From contig JAAOMT010000678.1 of the NCBI GenBank assembly GCA_016748015.1, forward strand, positions 26,921 through 90,920: 64,000 bases of DNA. The letters are read 5' to 3'. The number at the start of each line of letters is the position of its first letter. The first letter of the stretch is position 1. This stretch comes from Geosiphon pyriformis uo1 (Eukaryota > Fungi > Glomeromycota). The position numbers and the translations under genes were made by a program. A model generated the notes under the pieces. That model was given only the letters and a program-made list of their open reading frames with translations. It was not told the DNA's origin and did not search any database. Positions 12,312-23,373 of the stretch are shown here, piece after piece.

Positions 12312-13799
12312 GGCCTAATATATGTTTGGTTCGTGTCAATGACGTTTCAGATCTTTGATTTATCAGTATAAATTTAACAAACCCCGTTATTGTTAAATTA
12401 TAACAATAATCAGAGTTTTTAACCCCTGCAGTATGCTTACATCATATAATTGTTATTTAATAATTATTGTATTGTGCAATATTTCATTAATATTTTTATT
12501 AATATTGAATAAAATTCGTTTTATTATTTTAAAATAAAANNNNNNNNNNNNNNNNNNNNNNNNNNNNNNNNNNNNNNNNNNNNNNNNNNNNNNNNNNNNN
12601 NNNNNNNNNNNNNNNNNNNNNNNNNNNNNNNNNNNNNNNNNNNNNNNNNNNNNNNNNNNNNNNNNNNNNNNNNNNNNNNNNNNNNNNNNNNNNNNNNNNN
12701 NNNATATTTAAGTTTTAAAAACTTTATTATTACTTTTATATTAATACTTAATATTTTTACAAAATTATTAATTAGCTATTTTTATTTTTATTAAATAAAT
12801 TTAATATTTTTTATTATTAAAAAACATATATTATAGTTTTTAAAAATTTTTAAACAATAAAACAATAATATTAATATTTTTTTTAATTTAAAATTTTTTT
12901 TAATATTTAATTTTAAATAAAACTATTTTTAAAAAAAAAAAAAAACAGTTTTTAAAAAAAAATTCTGTTTTTGTTATATTTCTATTACTATTTTACAAGA
13001 CAACAATTTTTTTGTCTTAAACTTAATAGTTATTATTAATAATACTATAATTAAAAACTTAAATAATAAGATAAATTTAATTTTAAAAATACTTTTAGAT
13101 AATATTTGTATTAAATAATCTAAAAATATAAAAACTAATTTTGCAAAAAAGATGAAAATTTTTTTTAAATACTAATATTAATTAAAAAACAAATAATAAA
13201 AATAAAATTTTTTTTATACTTTTAATTAAATACTTTTAAATTAAAAAGATAAATACCAATAAAAAATTATTAAACTTATATTTATCTTTAAAAAAAATTT
13301 GCAAAAAATTATAACATTAATTAAAAATAAAAAAATCTAAATAAACAATAATCTTAAAAAACAAGAAATATATTTAAATTAAATTATAATTTTAAAAAAA
13401 GTTTTATAAATATTTTTAAAAAAGTAAATATTTTGGTTTTATTTGAATTTAATAAAATTATATTAATTTAATTACAACTAATTAGACTATAATAAAAATT
13501 TATAATAAAATATGTTAAATTTGATTAGATTAATATATTGGCTTCAAAATATTTTTTTTAATTAATAAAAATTTTATATATATTTTTCTATATGCTATTT
13601 TTATTAAAATTCTGTCTTATAATCTTAATTTATAAGTTTTGTTGTCTAAAACTTTGTATATATAAAAAGATCTATTCTACTTTGGATCAAACTTTCTATT
13701 CTACTGTTTCTTAACTTTTATATAATGTAATAATACTCAATCTTCAATTTTAAATTTAATTAATTAATTAAGTAAACAATTATTATGTCTTTTTTTTTA

Positions 13800-15168
13800 C
13801 TATTTCTAAGTATTACTAATATTATTAACTATTATTTTATAATTGTTTTCTAATATTTTCATAAAATAGTGTGTTTTTTGATATAAGATAGTTTTAAAAT
13901 TTTTTTTAATAATTGTTTTTGTTAAACAAGAAAGTATTTTTTGTTTAATAAGTAAGATAATTTTTCTTTTATAGACTAATTTAAATAGTATGAACTAAAT
14001 AATATTTTGTTTTAATGTTTGATATACAAATAATACAGAAAATATAAATAAGTTTTATTCTTGTATATTTTTGTGACTTATTTTTGTTAATACTTTATAC
14101 AATATTTGATTAAATTGTTCTACTTGTTTATTTGTTTATAAGTAATATAGTGATAATAATAATTGCTTTATTCTAAATTGTTGGCTTAGTTTAATTAGTA
14201 TACTATTGATAAAATAAATTTTTTAATTAGATAACAATTTTTCTGGACATTTATATCAGCAAATCAGATTTTGGTATACAAATTTGGTTATTGTTTTAAC
14301 ATTTGCTATTTGAATAGCTCTAACTTTAAATTAATTTATTAAATAGCTTACAACTACAGTAATATAATAATTTTTTTAAAAATAATAAAGAAAAGTCCAA
14401 CTAAATCAATCTTAATTCTATTAAAAAAAATTTTAACTAAAATAGATTAAAATAGTTTTATTGTTCTGGCTTCTTTTTATTAATATAAATTATAATTAAT
14501 AATATATTCAAAGATATTTTTATACATTATTGGCCAATAGTATAGATTTATTGTTTTTTCCAAAATAGTGTTTTTGTTAAAGTGTTCTATGATTGGATCA
14601 GAGTGCATGCTATATAATGCAGTTTTTTTTTCATTTTTTTTTATAACTTATTATGAAGTAATATGGTTTTAGTGTTTTTAATAGTATAGTTAATTGTTTT
14701 AAATAAAGTAATTGTAATTTTGTTTCTATATAATATTTTGTTTTTGTTGAGATAATTTCTCCTTAAATTAAAGTATTAATAAATACTAATATAATTGTTA
14801 ATAAATAATTATATTTATAAGTCTGAAATTAGATTTGTATTATCTATAACAAACTGTTAATATGAGTGTTTTTGGCTCTTTTTTTATAATATACTTTGTA
14901 TAAAAATTGTTGCAGATAAGTATTTTATTATATATATTTTTTTTCAGTTGTAACTTGCTAAGTAATCAAATAAGTCTTTTATAATTCATATATAAATCAA
15001 ATGATTAGTGAAAATAATGTCTTAAATTTTGTATTGCCTAGTAAATAATAAGATATTCTAAATCTGTTATATTATATATTTTTTTTATTGTATTAGTACT
15101 GTAACTAGCATAAACAATTAGATGTTTTTAATTATCTGGTTCAATTATAACAAAATAGCTCTTAGTAT
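13800..15168 (-). mobile_element. Old Gypsy remnant G (integrase/RNase H), cut by the LTR of F
   Basis: Eroded but colinear with the IN/RH region of D (e.g. 14230-14620 vs 32820-33210). Confidence 0.7.
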
Positions 15169-16064
15169 TATTACAGATAATTATTTGGGGTGTTAATACA
15201 AATAATAAACTCATAACTTGATGCTTAATAGCTGGTATAATTGGTAATTTTTTTTCATATCTGAAGATTTTGGTTGAGTCCTTTATATAATGAACAGAGA
15301 TTCAATAAAAATATTCTTTGATAATGTTTTTAGTGTTTTCTCAATCCTCAAGTTGGTGTGCTTTGTTATTTGTCACTTCTCAAAATATTTATATTCTGTC
15401 AATTTTTTTTTCAGTTTGGTGGCTGATATCTTCTAATAAGCTATTTTTAATTCCGAATGTCTATCCTTATTTTTGGGTTTTTTACTAGTGCTATTTCCTG
15501 ATGTTAGTACTCTGTGCATTAATCTTTTTAATTAGTTAGTAAATTAACAAACCAAAATAAAAAAAAATAAAAAATAAAAAATAAAAAAATAAAAAAATAA
15601 AAAATTAGTATCTCATTAATAGTTATAATCAAAAACTATTGTTTCAGTGTGATTAAGTGTTAGATTTTATTAACATAAAGTGTTGATAAATGGGAGAGTA
15701 ATTAAATTCTCAAAAAAATAACAATAACATGAATTAAATAATAATAAGTATGTTTTATTTTAATATTTAATGTTTCTATTTCAAATTATAAAATACTATT
15801 ATATAAAAAAATAGATCTGGAATTGAAACTGAAAGTTTTAAAACTAAGAATTTTTTCTTTTTTGCTTCTAATACTGCTGCTATATATACATAAATTTCAT
15901 TATACAAGATTTTTTGAATTTTTCAATTCTCTAGCCAAGAATTCTGAAATTCTGAAATTCTATGATTTTTCACCTGGGAATCTTAGAATTACATTTTTTA
16001 TTATGTCTATTCTAATTGGCTAATTTATGTACTAATATATAATTTCTATATTCTATAAGTAATA
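15169..16064 (-). repeat. 3' LTR of element F
   Basis: TATTAC...GTAATA termini; homologous to the solo LTR 34154-35040; flanked by a PPT on the - strand. Confidence 0.8.
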
Positions 16065-16353
16065 TTATTCTCTTTTTTTAATATTAAGCTCTATTAAAAT
16101 TTTCTATATTTTCTAACTCTTTATCTTTAATTAACTTTTAAATTTTTTTTTTAAGAATTACTTAGATTATTTTGATCTGTAATTTTTCAAATTGGGTATT
16201 GGTTATTTTACTCAATTAATTGACAGTAATTGTATTTATTATTGAATTAAGTAGTATTGCTGATCAATCTTGAAATCCTACATATAGCCAATATATGACT
16301 TGGACTTGTGTGAGCAGATTGCTCTTTCTCACAAATTGTTCAAGTTATTATAG
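16065..16353 (-). pseudogene. C-terminal half of accessory ORF3 of F (continues at 23943-24040)
   Basis: Manual translation LEQFVRKSNLLTQVQVIYWLYVGF..AILLNSIINTITVN*LSKITNTQFEKL, homologous to ORF3 of D. Confidence 0.7.
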
Positions 16354-17060
16354 TATTATGGTTGAAACCCATAATTTTTATTAGTTATCACATGTATTAG
16401 TCACTGATGTCATATAATTAGCCACTCTATTTTTAGATAGTAATTATTGACCTGATCATTAACCTAGTTATTAATTTGGTCATTGACCACTTTCAATAGC
16501 TATATAAGCAATGAGTCTCTTAGCTGTAGAAAATCATCTCTCAGATAAGAATCAAATAAATAAAAATAACAACTTTCATCTCAATTACTCTCTTATCACT
16601 AATTTTTTTTTCCCTACCTTTAAGTATCTGAACATCTTAGGATAAAAGATTACTTGTTGGCTTTTTCCTGATGTATATAATTGTAGTATTTAAAGATTAT
16701 TTGTATAAACGTGACTGAAGAGCACAAGTTGATACCTGATATTGAATTCTAAGAGCACTAATGTGAGGCATAGAATTATACCAGTGGTGATCAATTATTG
16801 ACAGTATAAACTATTCCTTTACCTTCAGATTTCCTTATTATCTTTTGAAAAGAATAGTGACTAAGATATTTTATGAGACTAATCTCACACATTGAATCCA
16901 TACTTATTCAATTTGCTCATTAAAGTTGAATCTCTTTTGATTATTTCTATTACCCTACAATCCTGTTCTCCTTTGCTACCCATTAGCTTGTTACTCCAAC
17001 CCATAACATAAAAGTGGTGCTTTCTGTAAGATTGTCAAAATCCATTTGTTTCTTTATTGT

Positions 17061-18616
17061 ATGGGTAATTATTCATACCTACCACAACAATTAGCAGAAC
17101 ACTTTGAAGCACACAACAAAAATGATCTAGATTTTATTGAACTCAATCCTTTGCCATCCTGCTTGATTTGCTTCCCCCTTGAAGAACAATCCAGTAGACA
17201 ATTCCAAGACTTTTGAAACTGGTTCTTAAATAAGCATTTAGCTGAAATCTATACAGCCTACACAATCTATTACTTTGATCAAGCTTACTTTGAAAACAAC
17301 TTTGAAGAAAGAAACAACAATATCAATCAGCTCTTATACTCAGCAACCTTTGAACAACAACCTTCTGAATTCGAATATCTAAATCACCAAATTCACATCT
17401 GGATTGCTGTCCATCAATCAGCTAAAACCTCTTTTGAAACAGAAGAAAAAGTTACCAAACTGCTCCTATTTTTGATTTCTTCTCAAGTGATTTAGATCAT
17501 TTCACTCAAATAGTAACTTCTGAACTAATAGCTCAAGACCCAATACAAGCAAACATCCTAGCCACCCTCCAAGGCATACAAACTGCTTTGGGGTGAAGAA
17601 ACAACACCCCATTATCATTATTCAGAGATGATGCACAAGATCCAATTAAATGGTTGGACAATTTTGAAAGAGCAGCCACTGCCAACCAATATAATGATGA
17701 GTACAAGTTTCAAATCATTGGTGGCTACCTTCAAGGCTCACCTGCCACATGGTTTTCACAAGAAACCAATGCCAATGTCCAGCACAGAATTATCAGATAA
17801 ACACCAGCAGATGCAGGAGAAAACAATATCTCTTTTACTACTCGGTTTGAAAACAAGTTCAGAATTCCAATCTTAATATCTAAATGGCACATGAAACTAG
17901 AAAGAAGAACCCAAGGTCCTGGTGAAGTTGTAACTGAATATGCCAAAGCAATCAGAAAGTTAATCAAGCGAGTAGACTTTGGAAGGAACTGGACAGAAGA
18001 ACAAAAGATTCATTCCTTTACAAAAGGATTGAGAACTGACTTATCTTATGCTCTTTGGCCTCTTTTGGCTCTGAAAGACAACCTTACAATGTATATGGCT
18101 ATTGAACTTGCCCAAAGGATTGAAGATAACCAAAGGATGCATTTGGAATCCACACTTTCAGTTTTTGCTCCTGCTTCTGTCATGGCCCCTGCTCCTCAAG
18201 TGGCTGCTATTTCTTTTGCTGCCCAAACCCAAGACCCAAATGAACAATTGATAGATAAAGGTACAACTAACCTTGCCTGGTTATTAGAACTGTTGGCACA
18301 AGCAGTCAGAGATAACCAGCAACCACCAAGACCTAAATATGAACCTTGTTTTAACCAGCTCCAGCAACCTCTTTATTAAAGACAGCAAAATCGTGGCCCA
18401 CCTGTGTGCTATTGTTGTGGATTAACTGGACATTATTTAAGAGATTGTAACAACCCTCCACTGCCTCTTCCAGCTCTCAGAAACAATAACAACCAAAACA
18501 ACAGACCCAATAACAACAACAATATCCCCAATCAAATACCCAATCATGCCAACATCAATTTCTTTGGAGAAAATCCCCTAGTTGAAGCCATTGTTTATTA
18601 GTCTTTAAACTGGTAG
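17061..18616 (+). pseudogene. gag: gag of element B
   Basis: QGPGEVVTEYAKAIRKLIKRV capsid motif; CYCCGLTGHYLRDC zinc knuckle. Confidence 0.9.
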
Positions 18617-21600
18617 GTGCGCCTACAAAGGGTGAGAGTACAAGCCAACCAGAAAAAAACCCCTTTTATGCTTTTAACTTAACTGATGATGACCATGACA
18701 TGGATGAACTAGCAATTAACACCTTAGAACCAACCAGAAAGAAGAAGAAAGCCAAGGTTGATTTCGTTTTAGATTCCAACAAAGTCTTAACTTCTGCCGC
18801 TGATAACAATGAACCACTAAAGGCTAAAGTTTTTAAGAATTCTCCAAAGTTAGAACCCCCAGAAATTGTACAAAAATCTGGACCCTATTCCATTGTCAAA
18901 GATTTTATAGAAACCCCAGCACATATTACCTTTGGCCAGTTAATAACCCACCCACAGTTCAGAAAAGATCTTCACAAATCCTTGATTCCAAAGAAGAAGA
19001 CACCAAAAACCAACAAGTGCTCTCGCCAAGCTGGACTTGCTGACAACAGCAATGTTACCCCTCTGATTTGTAAAGCCCAAGTGGCTGAATACTTTATTGA
19101 CTTAATTCTGGACAGTAGATCATCTGTTAGTGTTATTGCTAAACACTTCTTGGAAGCAATTGGTAGAAAGATTAATGAACCTTCCATCAAACCAATAACC
19201 AATATACATGATGACAAAAAAAAAGGACTGGGTATTGCCAAAGCTGTTCTTGTCCGCATTAATGGAATCAGCATTGAAACTGACATGAAAGTTTCTGAAG
19301 CCAAGAAATACACCATCATTGTTGGCAATGAATGATTCAAGAAAGCAAAAGCTTTGCTTGATTATGAACTTTGTGAATTAACCATCAGATGTGGTGAGAA
19401 ACCCATTGTGGTTAAGTGTTGCCATTGGACAACTCCCTCAATACCCAAACAAAACCAAAAAGAAGAACAATCAGATGAATCAGATGATGAAGAGAGTGAT
19501 GAAGAAGAAGAACAAGAAGAGCAAAAAGAAACTACTGAACTTATCTATACCATCTTTATCAGCAATAGCAAACCATTGGACAATATTAAAGCAGACAAAG
19601 AAGGAATCATTGTAAATGGCAAGCTGATCTGCTGGCCTTATTATGATATTCTTAGAAGAACCTTTGAAAGAAAACCTGGCAAGAAAGCCAAATACAGTTT
19701 TTGGTAACATGGTCCTTGTGCTTAGTGTTGGTGCAATAAATTCTTGTATTCTCCAAGCAATAAATGCAAATCATGCCTAATCTATTACAGAGATTAGGAA
19801 CCAATCAGTTTGATACCCAGAGAAGAATTGAAAGAAGTACAGAAGTCCTTTGAAATGAACCACCTGAGATCCAATTACTGGTTGTAGAACAAAAAAAACC
19901 CTTCCCAGAAGAAAAAAAAATAGACATTGAAAATTTGCTGGCTAGAAATAGCCCAGTTATCTCCAAAGAAGATGATACTCCTGGACATACCCATGTGATA
20001 CAACACACTATCACCACCAGAGAAACTCGACCCATCCATTTGAAGTCTTATCAATCCAATCGGCACAATGATGAGTTTATCAAGAAAGAGATAAACCAGA
20101 TGAAAGAACTTGGATTCATACAAAAAACCAAGAGTGAATGGGCTTTCCCAGTTGTAATGGTATCCAAAAAAGGTAGAACACTATGCTTCTGTGTTGACTA
20201 CCACCAATTAAATACTATCACTGAAAGAGACATGTACCCACTTCTCAAGATTGATGCAATGTTAGACCAATTCAAAAATGCTGCTTTCTTTTCAACCATT
20301 AACTTAACTGCTGGATTCTGGCAAGTAGAGATGGATCCAGAAAGCAGAAAGAAAACTGCCTTCATTACCAAGTATGGCACTTATGAATTCACAGTTATGT
20401 CTTTTGGTCTCACCAATGCTCCTCCCACCTTTTAATACTTAATGGATAAAGTATTTAAATCAGTCAAGGAAAACTTTGTTCTAGTCTATTTGGACAATAT
20501 AATGGTATACTCAAAAACCTGGGATGAACACCTAAAACATTTGCAAAAGGTTTTTGACCTCCTCAGAAATGCTGGCCTCAAGATCAACCCAATCAAATCT
20601 TTCTTTGGAAGACAATCCACCCAGTTCCTTGGTCATCTTATCACAAAAAATGGAATCTTTTCTAACCCAGCCAAAGTTAAAAAAGTCCAAAACATCAAAC
20701 AACCAATGAATATTCATAAACTACGCTCTTTTCTTGGTTTGGCCTCTTATTATCACAAATTTGTCAAGGATTTCTCCAAAATTGTCTCTCCTCTCAATCA
20801 GCTACTCAGAAAAAATGTTAATTACTATTGAAGAACACATCAGCAAAAAGCCTTTGAAACTTTAAAGAAAAAACTGGTTACAGAACCCATCCTCAAGCAA
20901 TCTAATCTAGATTGATTTTTTATCCTTCATACTGATGCATCTGGCTTTGGACTTGGTGCTGTTCTCTCCCAAAAAGATGAAAATGGCAAAGAACATGCCA
21001 TAACCTATGTCAGTAGAACCCTTTTCCCAGCAAAACAGAACTATTTAGTTACTGAACAAGAATGCTTAGCAGTAGTATGGTCCACCAGTTACTGGAGTAA
21101 GTATCTTCTTGGTGTGAAGTTTTTGGTGATAACAGATCACCAAGCTTTGGTTTGGCTGCACAACAAAAAGAGGCTAGAACACAAATGGATAACTCACTGA
21201 ATACTCCACTTAGATGAATTTGACTATGATATTCAATATTGCAAAGGAGCTAATCATTAAAACACTGATGCTCTCTCTAGACTTACCATCCAGTGACAGA
21301 ACAACCCTCTCAAACCAAACCAACTTAATTATTAGTAATTCCTCCTTTTTGACAAACACAATAATGGACTTGGACAACTACTCTGCCTTAATAGAATTTT
21401 TGGTAAAGGAAAATACCCATTAAAATACACATGACAACAAAGAGAACATTTGCGCAAACAATCAAATTTCTATTTGATTCGCCAGAACCAACTTTATAAA
21501 AGAAATAGAAAAGATTCTAACCACTTCCAAAAAGTCATCAGATTTGAAGAAAGAGAAATTGTGATCTACAATATGTACACTGATCCATTAGTTGGACACT

Positions 21601-22675
21601 TTGGAAAAACAAAAACAATTCAGAAAACTCTAGCTTGCTATTATTGGCCTACCTTGGGAAAAGACATTGCTGAATACATCAAAACTTGTGATATCTGCCA
21701 AAGAAAAGGAAAACCCAATTGCAAAAAAGATATCCATCCAATCTCTGTTGGTCAATCCTTTAACAGAATTGGTATAGATGTTGTTGGACCTTTAACAATA
21801 ACTCCTGATGGCAACAGATACATTATCACAACTATTGACTATCTTACAAAGTGGGTAGAAGCAAGAGTCACTCCAGACCAAACAGCAGTCTCAATAGCCA
21901 ATTTCATTTATGAAGATATTATTTGTCGCTATGGCTGCCCCAAAGAACTTTTATCTGACAGAGGAAGAGCTTTTCTCAGTACACTTGTTGAAGAACTTTG
22001 CAGAAAAATGGGAATACATTACAAACTTTTCTCTCCTTATCACTTCCAAACAAATAACCTAGCAGAACATTTCAATAGAACACTATGTGAAACCCTAGCC
22101 AAAACCAGTGAAGAAACAAACTTATGGGACAAAGTACTGCCTTTAGCTTTGTTCACTTATAGAACTGTGAATCATGACATAACAAGTTATGAACTCTTTA
22201 TTTACTCTATGAACAAATGGCAACCCTACTAATAGAAACTGACATTGAGACAATACCCTTTGAAGAAATAACAATAGGAAATTACAAAGACATTTTGCAA
22301 AGAAGACTTGGTATTATTCTTGACTCATTAGTAGAAGCACAGATAATTGTCTTTGAAAAGATAAAACAATTCCAAAAAAAGCTTAAGAAAAAGAAAACAT
22401 ATAAAACATTTTCCTTAAATGTTGGTAACTTAGTTTTAGAATACTATTTAGACAGAGACAATGTCTATGGTGATAAATTCTCTAGCCAGTGGAAAGGACC
22501 CTTTATAGTCAACAAAGTTTTGAACAATGGTTCTTATATCTTACAAGATCAATATGAAACAATCTTCAATGATTGTCCTGTTCATGGCACATCACTCAAG
22601 AAATATCACAAACAACCTAATTGGTTACCTGTTGTGGTAATACCAACTCAAATGATCAACAAAAATCAGATATAA
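18604..22675 (+). pseudogene. pol: pol of element B
   Basis: LILDSRSS, FGLTNAPPTF, YLDN (mutated YLDD), GHFGKTKT..YYWP..CDICQ, IGIDVVGPL, LLSDRG, WKGPF. Confidence 0.92.
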
Positions 22676-22716
22676 ATAAATGCACTATTCCCAAAACAGA
22701 GGTATCTTCAATTGAC

Positions 22717-23373
22717 ATGAACAATTATTTCCTAGATCAAAACATTCAAAACACTTTCTACACTCTCCATGAGTACTGGATCAAAAATTATCCAAATGCT
22801 ACTCTAACCATTGAAAAACAAACCACTATAACTGATAACAGTGGAACACATACTGTTATTAGACCAAAGAAAACCACTACCAGAAGAGAAAAAATTGGTA
22901 GCAAAATGGATAAGTATTTGCTGGAAAACATAACAGCAGCAATACTTACACCTTTCATGACAATTGGAAAAACGATTAAGAAAATCTTGCCCATAGACAA
23001 AAACTTGTCATATAGAAGGCAACTAGAACTCTATGGTCATCTTGGTGAAATCATAGAAGAAATGAAGCTCATGAAGAAAACAACTTCAGAGATACAAGTG
23101 GAAATTTTGGGCATTATACATTTAGATGTCCCAAGAGTTTTGATTATTGCAAGAAAAGCCAAAACTCTTATACAAAAATTTGATCTCTTGGATACAAAGC
23201 TTATTTCACCTCAAGTATTATACATTCTATCTACAAAAGACTTCAACAAACTAGTTAGTTTTGAGTTAGACAAAACTCTTCAATTAGAATACCCTATAAA
23301 TAGCTTGATTTTGCCGAAGCTCAATCTCTTTGGAGAGAATAATGTTATGATTGAAACTCATAATTTTTATTAG
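22717..23373 (+). CDS. Accessory ORF3 of element B (218 aa from first ATG, uninterrupted, runs through the PPT into the LTR)
   Basis: Open frame; homologs at the same position in A, D, E and F. Confidence 0.75.
   Translation: MNNYFLDQNIQNTFYTLHEYWIKNYPNATLTIEKQTTITDNSGTHTVIRPKKTTTRREKIGSKMDKYLLENITAAILTPFMTIGKTIKKILPIDKNLSYRRQLELYGHLGEIIEEMKLMKKTTSEIQVEILGIIHLDVPRVLIIARKAKTLIQKFDLLDTKLISPQVLYILSTKDFNKLVSFELDKTLQLEYPINSLILPKLNLFGENNVMIETHNFY

Noticed and set aside
22717-23373. ORF3 as a retroviral env gene
   Set aside because: Short, with no evident signal peptide, furin site plus fusion peptide, or transmembrane helix.
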